Below, piece by piece: positions 10,522 through 22,002 of a stretch of 64,000 nt of DNA. The stretch lies in the NCBI GenBank assembly GCA_964570935.1, contig CAZMZP010000073.1, positions 28,820 through 92,819 on the forward strand, in the 5' to 3' direction. This DNA is from an uncultured bacterium. GTDB taxonomy: Bacteria; Eisenbacteria; RBG-16-71-46; JAFGJU01. The notes beneath the pieces were generated by a model. That model had not been told where the DNA came from, did not search any database, and worked only from the letters and a program-made list of their open reading frames with translations. Within the stretch, counting starts at the first letter, position 1, and each line of letters starts with the position of its first letter. The position numbers and the translations under genes were made by a program.

Positions 10522-11132
10522 AGCAGACCGCGGAGAGCATACTCAGGTCCAGGTACTATAGGTACCTGGAGGTGAGCACGGCATTCGCCGTGGTCGTCCA
10601 CGCGGTCGTGTTCTTCGCGTGGCCTCCGTACGTCCCGAGGCCGTATCAGATACAGGAAAGGAAACTCGAAGTCCTCAACCTCCCGGAAGGGATCGACATA
10701 CCGCCGCTGCCCGCGGAGGTCGAGCGGCCGGAGCTTCCTCAAGAAGCCGAGATATCGGCCGACGTGAGCGAGGAAGCCACCATCGCGCCGACCGAATTCA
10801 ATCCGTTCGCTCCGCCGGTGATCCCGTCCAGACCGGAGCCGGAAGCCTTCTACGCGTTCGACTCGCCACCGGAGGTTTTGAGGGCGGTCGAGCCCAGGTA
10901 TCCCGACCGCGCCATGGAGGCCGAGGCCGAGGGTGAGGTGCTGGTGGAGGTAATAATTGACGAGAACGGCAGAGTCGTTTCTGCTAAAGTCATAGACAGC
11001 GACACGGTCGACGTCCTCGAGAACGCGGCCCTGGAGGCGGCCTACAAGTTTCTGTTCAAGCCGGCCAGGCAGGGGGACGTGCCGGTGAAGTGCAGGGTAG
11101 TGATCCCGTTCAGGTTCACGCTGAATGACTAG
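10518..11132 (+). CDS. tonB: Energy transducer TonB
   Basis: N-term TM with conserved His (S..AVVVHA), Pro-rich linker, C-term PRYP..A...EGEV.VEVIIDENGRV domain. Confidence 0.88.
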   Translation: MKQTAESILRSRYYRYLEVSTAFAVVVHAVVFFAWPPYVPRPYQIQERKLEVLNLPEGIDIPPLPAEVERPELPQEAEISADVSEEATIAPTEFNPFAPPVIPSRPEPEAFYAFDSPPEVLRAVEPRYPDRAMEAEAEGEVLVEVIIDENGRVVSAKVIDSDTVDVLENAALEAAYKFLFKPARQGDVPVKCRVVIPFRFTLND

Positions 11133-11348
11133 AGCCGGAAAGGCCGGTCCGCCTCGGGCCGATTCGTACGGCAGTCGTGTGGAAAAGAGGTAAGCTTGCA
11201 GGAAACATCGGGGGCGGTGCGGGACTATCGCACTGCCTCCTTGCGTTAACCCTGTGCCGAGAGCTCGCTCCGCCGGCGCGGTAGAGACGGGTTCCGGCCG
11301 AACACGTTCGTGCAGCCGATGCAGTGGGCCGCGGACAAGGAGGACGAG

Positions 11349-12101
11349 ATGAGCGACGCAGCGACAGTAGACGCCGGAGGGGCCAGGGCGGGAGGATTCA
11401 GTGGTTCCGTGGGCAGGGCAATTCGTGTTCTGTTTGCCCCCACCCAGGTGTTCACCGAGCTCGAGAGAAAGCCGGAGTGGCTCGTGCCCATAATCATCTG
11501 CGTGCTCGTGGCCATCTTGAGTTCGATCATTCTGATTCCGAGCGTTATCCTGCCCCATCAACGGGAGCTTCTGGAGGAGCGCGGGCTGACCGAGGAGCAG
11601 ATGGAGGCCGCGAGGCCGTGGCTGGAGGGCGGCAGGACGATGATCATCGCCGTCGTCACGTCCGTTGTCGGCACGCCGATCGTGCTGTTGATAGTGGCCG
11701 GGGTCTTCCACCTGGTGTGCGGTTTACTCCTGGGCGGGCAGGCCAACTTCGTGCGCACGTTCTCGGTCGCGTCGTTCGCCTGGATGGTGTCGCTGCCCGA
11801 GAGCATCGTGAAGGTGCCACTGGCGCTTGCGTCCAAATCGGCGGAGGTGCAGACGAGTCTCGGCCTGCTGATGGCCCGCGACCAGGCCGCCGGGTTCGGC
11901 TATCGTTTCGTTCAGAGTTTTTTGGCTCACATAGACATATTCTCCGTGTGGAAGGTGCTCCTGCTGGCTATTGGCGTGTCCGTGATGTTCAGGTTCACGA
12001 GGCAGAAGTCGTACTACGTGGCAGGCGGCATCTGGGTGGTCTACATTCTCCTGGCGTCGGCCCTGGGCTCCGTGATGCCGGGGTCCATGATGATGCGTTA
12101 G
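11349..12101 (+). CDS. Yip1-family membrane protein
   Basis: VLFAPTQVFTELERKP.W.VP and DIFSVW motifs, about 5 TM; precedes efflux genes; start ATG 11349. Confidence 0.75.
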   Translation: MSDAATVDAGGARAGGFSGSVGRAIRVLFAPTQVFTELERKPEWLVPIIICVLVAILSSIILIPSVILPHQRELLEERGLTEEQMEAARPWLEGGRTMIIAVVTSVVGTPIVLLIVAGVFHLVCGLLLGGQANFVRTFSVASFAWMVSLPESIVKVPLALASKSAEVQTSLGLLMARDQAAGFGYRFVQSFLAHIDIFSVWKVLLLAIGVSVMFRFTRQKSYYVAGGIWVVYILLASALGSVMPGSMMMR

Positions 12102-12256
12102 GGAGTCGGGACGGCCTGCTGTAACACGGCGGCAGGCAATTGCGTATACACACAGGACTGCGGCCCGCCGGCGCGCGGCACGACACCGGACTCCTCACTA
12201 CTGAGGACAGGCGCCGTACGGGTCCGCCAGGTTCCTTTTGCAGCAGGAGGAAATAG

Positions 12257-13615
12257 ATGGGTTTGAGATTCCGATTGTTCGCGTGCTGTTTCGTTCTGGC
12301 CGCCCTGGCCTTTCCCGTGTTGCCCGGGCCGGGCGGCGCGGGGGCTCTCGCCGCCGCGCTCCCCGACGGGCCGCTCGACGCGTCCGACTGCGTGAAGCTG
12401 GCTCTGGACAGGAACCCGACCGTACTGAATGCCCGGGAGAACATAAGGGAGTCGTCCGGCCAGGCGCTCACGGCCCTGAGCTCATTCGTGCCCAGCATTC
12501 AGTCGCGCGCCGCTTATTCCCGGCGCATCCAGGGTCCGCAGGAGTACTACATCCCTTCTTTCGACCTGACTCTTCTGACCAAGAGCGTGAGCTCGGAGGA
12601 CTGGTCGTACAACGTGTCCGCCTCGCAGAGCCTGCTGGACGTGAGTCAGTTCGGGCGGGTGCTGGGAGCGCGGGCGTCCGTGCGCGCGACCCGGCATTCT
12701 TTCGAGGCCACGCGCCAGGCGGTGGCCTACGAGGTAAGGATTCAGTTCTACGAACTCCTGAAGGCCGTGAAGCTGGCGGAAGTCAGCAAGGGCGCGAAGG
12801 AGCTGAGCGAGGACGAGCTGAGGAGGGCGAGGGCCCTGTTCGACGTGGGCTCGGTCGCGAAGGGGGACGTCCTCAAGGCGGAGGTCCAGCTGTCGCAGAG
12901 CACGCTGGATTTCATCGCAGTGGAAAACAGAGTGAAGCTGGAACGTTCCAGACTGGCCAAACTGATGGGGCTGCCGGTGGACGCGGAGATAGAGGTTGCC
13001 GAGGACCTGGGAGAAGAATCACCCAGAGTGAGCCTCGACGGCGCAATCGGCCTCGCGAACTCGCGCAGGCCGGACCTGTTGGCCGCGAAGGAGACACTGA
13101 AGTCCGCCAGGAGGTCCGCGTTCGCCTACAAGGCCTCCAGACTTCCGAGCCTGTCGGGCAGCGTCTCTTATGGGTGGTCCGACAACTCCTTCCCGGAGAC
13201 GGGCGACGACCACAGAAGGAACTACGCCTGGGACATCGGCGTCGGGCTGCAGCTGCCGATCTTTGACGGATTCATGACGATCGCCAACATACGCCAGGCA
13301 AAGGCGCGCGCCGCGATCGCGGACAACCAGCTCCGTGACGCGGAGCTTCAGGTGGCGCTGGAGGTCAAGGAAGCGCTGTTGACCATCGCGGAGGCGGCGG
13401 AGCGCATCAAGGTGTCCAAGAACGGGCTGGCGAGCGCTGAGGAAGACTACAGGCTTTCCCGAGAAAAATACGGCCTGGGGTCTGGCACCATGCTGGAGTT
13501 GCTGGACGCGCAGGTGAACCTGTCGCGGGCGCGAAGCTCGTACGTCGACGCACTCGCGAGCCTCAGGGAGGCCGAGGCGTTGTTCGGAAGGGCGACCGGC
13601 GAACCCATAAGTTGA
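12257..13615 (+). CDS. TolC-family outer membrane efflux protein
   Basis: Signal peptide; ALDRNP; LPSLS...LQLPIFDG...Y.LG.GT.LELLDAQ motifs. Confidence 0.9.
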   Translation: MGLRFRLFACCFVLAALAFPVLPGPGGAGALAAALPDGPLDASDCVKLALDRNPTVLNARENIRESSGQALTALSSFVPSIQSRAAYSRRIQGPQEYYIPSFDLTLLTKSVSSEDWSYNVSASQSLLDVSQFGRVLGARASVRATRHSFEATRQAVAYEVRIQFYELLKAVKLAEVSKGAKELSEDELRRARALFDVGSVAKGDVLKAEVQLSQSTLDFIAVENRVKLERSRLAKLMGLPVDAEIEVAEDLGEESPRVSLDGAIGLANSRRPDLLAAKETLKSARRSAFAYKASRLPSLSGSVSYGWSDNSFPETGDDHRRNYAWDIGVGLQLPIFDGFMTIANIRQAKARAAIADNQLRDAELQVALEVKEALLTIAEAAERIKVSKNGLASAEEDYRLSREKYGLGSGTMLELLDAQVNLSRARSSYVDALASLREAEALFGRATGEPIS

Positions 13616-13664
13616 GCCGCCGGAGCGCCGTGAGACGATCTTTTCCATTGGAGGCATCGAAGCG

Positions 13665-15074
13665 ATGAAACGCGTGCCGAAGAAGTTCTTCATAATCGCA
13701 GGAGTTGTCGTCGTCGTCATCCTGATCGTCGTGGGCAACCTTGCCAAGGGCAGGGAGAAGACCGTCAGCGTCCAGCTGGGGACGGTGGAGAAGGGCGAAA
13801 TCACCGCGACTGTCAGGGCTCCGGGGACCGTGAGACCGGAGAAGGAAGTCCAGGTGAGCTCCAGTGTCCCGGGGCAGATTGTTCGACTCCTCGTCCGCGA
13901 CGGAGACAGGGTCGAGCAGGGGCAGCTCCTGATGCAGTTGGACAAGACGGAGTACATCGCGCAAATGCAGCAGGGGCGCGCGTCCCTCGAGAGCGCGAAG
14001 GCCAGCCTTAGCCTGGCGGAGGCGTCGCTCCAGCAGTCCACCTCGATATACGACAGGAGGAAGGCGCTGCACGAGAGGGGCCTGGCCTCTCCGGAGGAGC
14101 TGGAGGCCGCCAGGACGCAGTGGAGTCTGAACACGGCGGAAACCGAGTCGGCCAGACAGAGGGTGGCCGAGGCCGCGGCCATCCTTAACATAGCTGAAGA
14201 CGCTCTCAGAAAGACGACCTTCGTTGCCGCGCAGTCCGGCGTGGTGTCCGACCTCAACGTCGAAGAAGGCGAGAACGTTGTCCTGGGCACGATGAACGTG
14301 CCTGGCACCGTCATAATGACCGTGGCGGACCTGGCCCACATGCAGGTGGAGTGCGGCGTCGACGAGACGGACATCGTCAGAGTGGAGAAAGGACAAAAGG
14401 CCAAGATCTTCGTCGACGCGTTTCCGGACACCTCGTTCGAGGCGACGGTTGTGGAAGTGGGTAGCTCCGGGCAGAGCAGCTCGCTGACGGGCGAGACGTC
14501 CGCGACCGACTTCAAGGTGAAGCTGGCGCTGGCGCCGGGCATCGAGAACCTCAAACCGGGCATGACGGCCGACGCGGAGATAGAGACCGCGACTCACACG
14601 AACGTGGTCAAGGTCCCGATTCAGGCGGTCGCGGTAAGGGACAAGAAGACGGTGGACAGATGGGAGTCCAAACGGGCGGAGGCAGTAAAGAAGACCCCGG
14701 GCAAGGCGAAGAAAGAGGCCGGGAACAAGAGCCAGGCCTCCAAGAAAGCCGGGAAGAGCTCCGGTGCGAACCCGGCGGCTGGCGCCCCGGCAGCCGAGCG
14801 TCCTGACACGTCGTCGGCCGGAAAGAACCAAAAAGACGACGAGGACGTGACCGGCGTCTTCGTGGTCGCGGACGGCAAGGCCAGGTTCGTGCCCGTGCGC
14901 ACCGGCATCATGAGCGAGACCGACGTGGAGATCCTGAGCGGAATAGCCGAGAAGGACCGCGTCGTGACCGGCCCCTTCAAGGTGCTGAGGGACCTGAAGG
15001 ACGGGCAGGCCGTGAAGGAAGAGAAGAAAGACAAGAAGGGCGAGAAGGAAGGCGCTGATGGCAGAACTGATTGA
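13665..15074 (+). CDS. Efflux periplasmic adaptor subunit (MacA-like)
   Basis: V...V.GQI..L.V.DGD.VE.GQLL lipoyl half, alpha-hairpin, VDETDI..V..GQ, LKPGMTA. Confidence 0.9.
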   Translation: MKRVPKKFFIIAGVVVVVILIVVGNLAKGREKTVSVQLGTVEKGEITATVRAPGTVRPEKEVQVSSSVPGQIVRLLVRDGDRVEQGQLLMQLDKTEYIAQMQQGRASLESAKASLSLAEASLQQSTSIYDRRKALHERGLASPEELEAARTQWSLNTAETESARQRVAEAAAILNIAEDALRKTTFVAAQSGVVSDLNVEEGENVVLGTMNVPGTVIMTVADLAHMQVECGVDETDIVRVEKGQKAKIFVDAFPDTSFEATVVEVGSSGQSSSLTGETSATDFKVKLALAPGIENLKPGMTADAEIETATHTNVVKVPIQAVAVRDKKTVDRWESKRAEAVKKTPGKAKKEAGNKSQASKKAGKSSGANPAAGAPAAERPDTSSAGKNQKDDEDVTGVFVVADGKARFVPVRTGIMSETDVEILSGIAEKDRVVTGPFKVLRDLKDGQAVKEEKKDKKGEKEGADGRTD

Positions 15075-15741
15075 GATAAAGGACGTCAAGAAGATATACA
15101 ACGTGGGCGCGGAGGACGTTCACGCGCTGGACGGGATCACTCTCACGATGAAGAAGAACGAATACCTCGCCATCATGGGACCGTCCGGGTCGGGCAAGTC
15201 GACGCTCATGAACCTCATAGGATGCCTGGACACGCCCACGAGCGGGTCGTACCGCTTCAACGACAAGGAAGTGAAAGACCTGTCGGACGACGAGCTGGCC
15301 AGAATACGGAACAAGGAGATCGGGTTCGTCTTTCAGACGTTCAACCTGCTGCCCCGAGCTGACGCCGCCCACAACGTCGAGCTGCCGCTCATCTACGCGG
15401 GCATCCCCAGGGCCGAGAGACGACGCAAGGTCGAGCAGGCCCTGGAGGCGGTCGGGCTGGCTGAGAGGGCCCGGCACCGCCCTTCGGAGCTGTCGGGAGG
15501 CCAGCGGCAGCGCGCCGCCATCGCGCGCGCCCTGGTGAACGACCCGGCCGTGATACTGGCCGACGAACCCACCGGCAACCTGGACAGCAAGACCGGCGAA
15601 GAGATCATGCAGGTGTTCGAGAAGATCCACGAAGCCGGCAACACCATCATACTCGTGACACACGAAGAGTACATCGCTAAACACTCGGGCCGGATAATCA
15701 GACTGAGGGACGGGCTCGTGGAGTCCGACGTCAGCGTCTGA
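15058..15741 (+). CDS. ABC transporter ATP-binding protein (MacB/LolD-like)
   Basis: [46 protein letters not shown]. Confidence 0.93.
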   Translation: MAELIEIKDVKKIYNVGAEDVHALDGITLTMKKNEYLAIMGPSGSGKSTLMNLIGCLDTPTSGSYRFNDKEVKDLSDDELARIRNKEIGFVFQTFNLLPRADAAHNVELPLIYAGIPRAERRRKVEQALEAVGLAERARHRPSELSGGQRQRAAIARALVNDPAVILADEPTGNLDSKTGEEIMQVFEKIHEAGNTIILVTHEEYIAKHSGRIIRLRDGLVESDVSV

Positions 15742-15765
15742 TCCCGCCGGGTTCGGAGGACGTCC

Positions 15766-16983
15766 TTGCAGGTTTCCGAGAGTCTGCGCATTGCGGTCAC
15801 CAACCTCCGCGTACACAAGGTGCGCTCCCTGCTGACGGTTCTGGGCACGGTCATCGGGGTAATGTCCGTGATCGCCATCGTGTCGATTATAGAGGGCATG
15901 AACAGGTACGTGTCAGAACGGCTCCTGGAAGAGGGCTCGAACACCTTCTACGTGGACAAGATCGGTTTCATCACCGACTACGAGGAATACCTGGACGCCA
16001 TGAACCGGAAGGACCTGACGATCGACGACGCCAGGGCGCTCGAGCGTCTGTCGACGTCCATCCTGGTGGTGGGCTCCATGTCCCAGAGCCGGAGCGACGT
16101 CCGGTATCGTTCGAGAGAGGTTTCCGGCGTGGAGATTCGGGGCGTGGACGAAGGCTACCAGCCGTCCAGCGCGATCGAGGTCGAATACGGCAGGTTCCTC
16201 TCGCGGGAGGACGTGGTGCGCAGAAGGCCCGTGTGCGTGCTGGGCGCCGACGTCAGAGACAAGTTGTTCGCCGGCCTGGACCCGCTGGGCAAGGAAGTCC
16301 GCGTCGGCAGGCACATCTATAGGGTGATCGGGGTGGCGGAGAAGAAGGGTAGCCTCCTGGGCATGTCACAAGACAGCAACGTGATGATGCCGCTCACCGC
16401 GTTCCAGAAGGCCTTCGGGTCCAGGTCTCCGGTGATGCTTGTGGCCAAGGCCAGAGACCAGGAGAGCCTGGAGCTGGCACAGGACGAGGCCAGGTCCATC
16501 CTCAGGGCCAGGCGAAAGGTGCCCTTCTCGAAACCGGACGACTTCGCCATCATGAGCGCCGAGACGTTCATGGAGATGTACAAGAACTTCACGTCCACCG
16601 CCTACCTGGTGACGGTCGGAATCGCAGGCCTGTCGCTGGTGGTGGGCGGGATCGTGATAATGAACATCATGATCGTTTCCGTCACGGAAAGGACCAAGGA
16701 GATCGGCATCAGGAAGGCGGTGGGCGCGCGGCGCGCGGACATCATGTTCCAGTTCCTGATAGAGTCGCTGATCCTGTCCGGCTCCGGCGGGCTCATAGGC
16801 GTGCTGGTGGGGGTCGGGCTCGCGGTGCTGATCTCCAACGTCACGCCGCTTCCCGCGGCAGTGAAGGCGTGGGCGATCGGCATGGGCCTCCTGGTCGCGT
16901 TCGGAGTGGGCGGGTTCTTCGGGATCTATCCGGCGGCCAGGGCGGCCAAGTTGGACCCGATCGTGGCCCTTCGGTACGAATGA
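15766..16983 (+). CDS. MacB-like ABC transporter permease
   Basis: RSLLTVLG; GGIVIMNIMIVSVTERTKEIGIRKAVGA; YPAARAAKLDPIVALRYE. Confidence 0.93.
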   Translation: MQVSESLRIAVTNLRVHKVRSLLTVLGTVIGVMSVIAIVSIIEGMNRYVSERLLEEGSNTFYVDKIGFITDYEEYLDAMNRKDLTIDDARALERLSTSILVVGSMSQSRSDVRYRSREVSGVEIRGVDEGYQPSSAIEVEYGRFLSREDVVRRRPVCVLGADVRDKLFAGLDPLGKEVRVGRHIYRVIGVAEKKGSLLGMSQDSNVMMPLTAFQKAFGSRSPVMLVAKARDQESLELAQDEARSILRARRKVPFSKPDDFAIMSAETFMEMYKNFTSTAYLVTVGIAGLSLVVGGIVIMNIMIVSVTERTKEIGIRKAVGARRADIMFQFLIESLILSGSGGLIGVLVGVGLAVLISNVTPLPAAVKAWAIGMGLLVAFGVGGFFGIYPAARAAKLDPIVALRYE

Positions 16984-17025
16984 CGCACGGCGGTCCGGGC
17001 GTTCCCGATGCCCGGCCAGTGAGGT

Positions 17026-18264
17026 GTGATGCGCCCCAAAACAGGGATTCTGAACGAGAGCCTGAGGATGGCCCTCTCGTCCCTCGCGACTCACAAGCTC
17101 AGAGCAGGGTTGACCGTGCTGGGCATCATCATAGGCATTACCACGGTCGTCGCGATGGTGTCCCTGGTGCAGGGCCTCAACCGCAGCATGGCCCAGCAGA
17201 TCAAGTCTCTGGGCACGTCGGTGATCTACGTCAGGAAGTTCGAGCCGGGGCTGATCATGGGCGAGATGCCGGAAAGCCTGAGGCACAGGGAGGACTTCGA
17301 GGTCTCAGACGCGGACGCCATCGACAGACTGTGTCCTTCGGTGGCCGCGGCGGTCCCGCTCACGTACACCGGCGGCACTTTCAAGTACAGGGACAGGGAG
17401 ACCAAGTCCAACTACGCCATCGGAACCTTCCCCGCCTACCTCGAGATTCAGGAGCTCGCTATCTCCGAGGGCAGATGCTTCACTGAAGAGGAGATGACCC
17501 ACAGGGCGGACGTCTGTGTCATGGGGCAGGACCTGCTGGAGGCGCTGTTCCCGCACAGCTCGGCAGTAGGCAGATGGGTCTCGTTCGGAGGAAGGCGGTT
17601 CCTGGTGGTCGGCGAGCTCGAGAAACGGGGGAAGTTCCTGGGACAGAGCCTGGACGACTATGCGATAGTGCCGTACTCGACGTTGCAGAAACGCTTCGGT
17701 CCCAACTTAGAAACATACATCAACGCCAGACCCGTGAGCGTGGAAGACACCGACAACGCGATCGACGAGATCAAGGAGGTCCTCAGGAGAAGGCGGGGAA
17801 TCCTGCCGCACAAGTCGGAAGACTTCGCCGTGTTCACCGAGGACGCACTGATGGACCTCTACCACAAGATCACCGGCACCTTCTACGTGGTCATGATCGC
17901 GATATCCTCGATAGCTCTGATGGTGGGAGGTATAGGCGTCACAAACATAATGTTCGTCTCCGTCACCGAGAGGACCAGAGAGATAGGCGTGAGGATGGCC
18001 GTCGGCGCCAACAGGAAGGACGTGCTCCTGCAGTTCGTCATAGAGGCCGTCGTCCTGACCGCCACTGGCGGCGTGATAGGCATCGGAATCGGCACCGGAG
18101 TGGGCTGGCTCGTGGAGAAGCTGGTGCACATTCCCTCCGCGGCGCCGCTCTGGGCCCTGCTTCTGGGCCTGGGGTTCTCCTCGGCCATCGGGCTGTTCTT
18201 CGGAATCTATCCGGCTGTGAAGGCCTCCCGGCTGGACCCGGTCGACGCCCTGAGATACGAGTAG
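17026..18264 (+). CDS. MacB-like ABC transporter permease (paralog)
   Basis: GGIGVTNIMFVSVTERTREIGVRMAVGA; YPAVKASRLDPVDALRYE. Confidence 0.93.
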   Translation: MMRPKTGILNESLRMALSSLATHKLRAGLTVLGIIIGITTVVAMVSLVQGLNRSMAQQIKSLGTSVIYVRKFEPGLIMGEMPESLRHREDFEVSDADAIDRLCPSVAAAVPLTYTGGTFKYRDRETKSNYAIGTFPAYLEIQELAISEGRCFTEEEMTHRADVCVMGQDLLEALFPHSSAVGRWVSFGGRRFLVVGELEKRGKFLGQSLDDYAIVPYSTLQKRFGPNLETYINARPVSVEDTDNAIDEIKEVLRRRRGILPHKSEDFAVFTEDALMDLYHKITGTFYVVMIAISSIALMVGGIGVTNIMFVSVTERTREIGVRMAVGANRKDVLLQFVIEAVVLTATGGVIGIGIGTGVGWLVEKLVHIPSAAPLWALLLGLGFSSAIGLFFGIYPAVKASRLDPVDALRYE

Positions 18265-18312
18265 ACGGTCACCCACACAGGACAAGGCGGATACGATGGA
18301 GACCAGCGTCGG

Positions 18313-21300
18313 ATGAAAGTCCCGAGAAACTGCATTAGAGCCGCCCGGTTATCGTTTGTGATTTGCGTAGTTACGCTGTTCGTGAGTCCCGCGCAGGTCG
18401 TGGCTGAAGAGGCCTCCGTAAGGGGCGGGAGCGGCGAGTTCGAGTACGCCGAGAAGCTCATCAAAGACGGGCTCTACGACGTGGCACGCGTAGAGCTGGG
18501 AAGGTTCACCGGACAGGATACGCCCGCGGGTTTGCGCCAGCGGGCGTTCCTGCTGCTTGGCGACATCGAGACAGCTGCTTCGGACCACGACAAGGCGAGG
18601 AAACTGTACGGATCCGCGTACGAGGCCAGTCCGAAGGGGGAGGACGCGTGCCGTGCCCTGGCCAAGGTGGGAGAGGCGGGGTTTCTGCTCGAGGACTACA
18701 GGGGCGCCGCGGCAGTGTTCGAGAGGCTGTCGGCCCTGTTTCCTGACTGCCGGCTCGTCTGCTCGGCGATGTTCGACCTTGGGCGCGCCCGCTTCGAGCT
18801 GGGCGACTACGAGCAGGCCGTTAGGGAATTCGAGCGCGCGCGCTCCGCGTGCGGGGTAGAGAAGGAAGACCCCGAGCTGCTTCTGTGGCTGGGGAGAGCT
18901 CAGTTCAAGCTGGACCCGGGCAGGGGCCGGGAGACCTTCGAGAGCATAGTCAATTCGTACGCCGGCACTCCGGCGGCCTTCGCGGCTTCCCTTGAACTCG
19001 CCGCGGAGCTCGACAGACAAGGCAATTCAGAGGCGGCCGCGGCCGTGCTGGAGCGGGCGCTCAAGTACAAGAACGTGGAGAAGGCCGCATACGCAGTCGG
19101 TCTTTCGCGTCACGCGGCGCTGCTCGCGTCGGGCGGCAGGCTGAAGGAAGCGGGCCGGGCTTTCTCCGGGTGCTTCGAGCTTTCGCCGGATTCCGCCCTT
19201 TGCGAGTGGTGTAACCTGAGAGCGCAGGAGTCGTTCCTGTCGGCCGGCGAGCACAGAGAAGCGGACTCGATCGCGCAGAAGCTCCTTTCCGGTTCATACA
19301 GCAATCAGGGCAGGGACGCATCGCTGCTGACGCGCGCCGCTTCCGCCCGGGCGAAGGGCGACCTCGAAGGCGCGCTGGCGTTCCTGGGCAGGCTCAAGCG
19401 GACAGCCGGCGTGGATTCCCTGTACTGCCTCGCGAGGATACAGGAGGCCGAAACCAGGGAAGCACTGTCCAATTTCAGCGGGGCGGAGTCGGCCTACCTT
19501 CTGGCCATGAAGCACTCGTGTCCTGAGACCCTGCGGCCGAGAGTGCTGCTGGGGCTTGCGGACCTCTACCGGGCGCGTATGGCGGACCCGGACAGGGCGT
19601 CGCTGTACTACGGGCTCCTGGTGCAGCAGCATCCGGGTTCGGATGCCGCGGCCGCGGCGGCTCGAGAAATGGCGTACGCCGCCGAGAAGCGGGGTGATTT
19701 CGCCGGGGCGGCAGGGCTGTTTGCCGGGGTGGCGAAAGAGTTTCCGTTGAGCGAGCAGGCGGACGAGTGCCAGGAGAAGGCCGTGGCGCTGCAAGCGCTG
19801 TTTCCTCCGTCGGTCCGGGCGGAGGACCTCGGCAAGCTGAGCAGCGTCGTGTCCTCTGCGGCCTCGGGCTCGCTCGAGGGCGGGAGGGCGTTGGAGCGGG
19901 CGGCCGAAGTGTTGCGTACGGAGTTCCGGGCTTTCGGAGAGGCCGAGGCGCTGCTTGAACAGGCACTGCTGAGCGCGCCGGTCGAACGGAAGCATATTGT
20001 GTTGTTCGCCCTGGGCGAGGTGCGTCTCCTGGAGGCCGGAAAAGCCGAGTACCTGGGTAGAACCGACCAGGCCGCAAGCTTGAGGAGCACCGGGCTGAGA
20101 AGCTTCCGGGACCTGGTTTCCCAGTATTCCGAGACTCCTCTGGCGGACAACGCGAGGCTGGAGCTCGTCCGGGCCGAACTCGAACGCGTGGCTTCGCCGG
20201 ACAGGGGAAGACGCGCGCTCGCGCTCTACACAGAATTCCTGCAGCAGTACCCGGAGACGGACAGGTTCGACGAGGGGCTCTTCCGGCGGGCCGAAGCCCT
20301 CGAGGCGTTATCGGAGCGTGCAGAGGACGAATTCGCCGCCGACGCGCTGACCAGTTTCGACAGGCTGATTCGGGATTTTCCGCGAAGCTCGTTCGTGGCC
20401 GAAGCGCGGCTCAGAAGGGGAAGGATGCTCTGCCGCGAAGGGAACACGGCAGCAGGCGAGCGCGACTTCGAGGTCGTCGTTGACCAGTTGGCTTCGGCTC
20501 CGGCTGCGCCCGAGGCGGCGTACGAGCTGGGAGAGCTGAAGCTGGCCAAGCGGGAGACGGCGAGGGCGGCCTCGCTGTACACACAGGCGTTCGAGAAGGC
20601 GACGAGCCGCTCGCTGCGCGAGAGAGCGCTGGCAAGAAGAGGAGACTCCTACCTCGTGGCCGGGGACCTGGCCAGGGCGATAGACGAGTACGAATACGTG
20701 CTGGCGCGCGACCCCCGCGGCCCGTTCGCGGACGACCTCCTGGCCAAGGTGGCGCAGGCGTACCTCGGCCGGGGCAAGCTCGCGGAGGCGTCCGCCCCTC
20801 TCAAGAGGCTGGGGCGCGAATTCCCACAGAGCTCGCTGCTCCCGGGACTCATGATGCGGAAGGCGCAGGCGGAGGAGCGGGCCGGTGATTTCGCGGCGGC
20901 AAAGTCCACTTACGACGAGATCGGCAGGAGGTTCGCGCAGGCGGGCGGCGACACCAGTTTCGTGATGGGATTGGGCAGGACCAGCTTCAGCTCCGGTGAT
21001 TTCGCCCTCAGCCTGAACGCCTTCGAGAGGCTGCTCAAGATGGACGCGAGCGACGAGCTGCGGAGAGAGGCCGGCCGGGGGGCCGTACTGTCGTTGGCCA
21101 AGCTGGGAGACGAGCCCAAGCTGAAGAAGCGGTTGGCCTGGTACCTCGACGCTTTCCCTGAGGACAGCTCGGTCGTGGACGAGGTCACGCTGCAGAGGGG
21201 ACTGGGCCTGTACCGGGCGGGCCAGTATGAAGAAGCCTACTCCGTGCTGTCTTCCGTGGAGGCGGAGCTGCCGGTGTCCGGGCGGATGAACGCTCTCGTT

Positions 21301-22002
21301 ACGATGGGTCTCGCGAGGCTCAAGGTGGGTGACTACGCGACCGCCGCGGGCGCGTTCAGGGAGGCCGTCGAGGCCGGCCGGGGGGCTCGTGCCGACAGCT
21401 CGCTCGCCTTTACGGCGCGCTTCAAGCTCGGAAGCTCCCTCTTCGCCATGTCCGCGTTCAGGGAGGCGTCCGTCGCATACACGGACGCGGCCGGATTCTG
21501 CCGGGACTCCACGCAGTGCTGCGAGACATGGTATAATGCGGGGTTGTGCCTCGAGAGGATGGAGGACTGGCGCGGAGCGGCGGACCTCTACCTCAGAGTT
21601 GCCGGCGGCTGCGCCGGAGAGCTGGGCAAGGACGCCGCCTTCAAGGCCGGATACTGCAGGCTCAACGCAGGCGACAACCGTGAGGCGATGACCCTGCTCG
21701 GCAAGGCGCTCGAGACGTCCGACGAATCCGAGAAGCCCGAGATACAGTACTGGATCGGAGAGGCTCACGCCGCCGCCGGTGACATGGAAAGGGCGGCCGC
21801 GGAGTTCCTGAAGGTGCCGTATCTTTACGGAGAGAGCACTCTCTGGGCCGTGACCGCGCGCTACAAGGCCGGCCAGGCTTTCGAGGCGGCCGGGAACAGA
21901 GACGCGGCCGTGAGGCAGTACAGAGCAATAATCCAGAGAGAGGGTGAGCAGTCAGAGTGGGGAAGCATGGCAAAGGAAAGGCTGCTTCTGCTTTCGAAAT
22001 AG
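18313..22002 (+). CDS. Large exported tetratricopeptide-repeat protein (1229 aa)
   Basis: Signal peptide followed by many TPR-like units (A...F..L...YP.S..A..A) along the whole length. Confidence 0.8.
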   Translation: MKVPRNCIRAARLSFVICVVTLFVSPAQVVAEEASVRGGSGEFEYAEKLIKDGLYDVARVELGRFTGQDTPAGLRQRAFLLLGDIETAASDHDKARKLYGSAYEASPKGEDACRALAKVGEAGFLLEDYRGAAAVFERLSALFPDCRLVCSAMFDLGRARFELGDYEQAVREFERARSACGVEKEDPELLLWLGRAQFKLDPGRGRETFESIVNSYAGTPAAFAASLELAAELDRQGNSEAAAAVLERALKYKNVEKAAYAVGLSRHAALLASGGRLKEAGRAFSGCFELSPDSALCEWCNLRAQESFLSAGEHREADSIAQKLLSGSYSNQGRDASLLTRAASARAKGDLEGALAFLGRLKRTAGVDSLYCLARIQEAETREALSNFSGAESAYLLAMKHSCPETLRPRVLLGLADLYRARMADPDRASLYYGLLVQQHPGSDAAAAAAREMAYAAEKRGDFAGAAGLFAGVAKEFPLSEQADECQEKAVALQALFPPSVRAEDLGKLSSVVSSAASGSLEGGRALERAAEVLRTEFRAFGEAEALLEQALLSAPVERKHIVLFALGEVRLLEAGKAEYLGRTDQAASLRSTGLRSFRDLVSQYSETPLADNARLELVRAELERVASPDRGRRALALYTEFLQQYPETDRFDEGLFRRAEALEALSERAEDEFAADALTSFDRLIRDFPRSSFVAEARLRRGRMLCREGNTAAGERDFEVVVDQLASAPAAPEAAYELGELKLAKRETARAASLYTQAFEKATSRSLRERALARRGDSYLVAGDLARAIDEYEYVLARDPRGPFADDLLAKVAQAYLGRGKLAEASAPLKRLGREFPQSSLLPGLMMRKAQAEERAGDFAAAKSTYDEIGRRFAQAGGDTSFVMGLGRTSFSSGDFALSLNAFERLLKMDASDELRREAGRGAVLSLAKLGDEPKLKKRLAWYLDAFPEDSSVVDEVTLQRGLGLYRAGQYEEAYSVLSSVEAELPVSGRMNALVTMGLARLKVGDYATAAGAFREAVEAGRGARADSSLAFTARFKLGSSLFAMSAFREASVAYTDAAGFCRDSTQCCETWYNAGLCLERMEDWRGAADLYLRVAGGCAGELGKDAAFKAGYCRLNAGDNREAMTLLGKALETSDESEKPEIQYWIGEAHAAAGDMERAAAEFLKVPYLYGESTLWAVTARYKAGQAFEAAGNRDAAVRQYRAIIQREGEQSEWGSMAKERLLLLSK

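Noticed and set aside
14660-14845. Lys/Ala-rich insertion in the MacA-like adaptor
   Set aside because: Low-complexity loops at this position are common in this family; no separate function is supportable.
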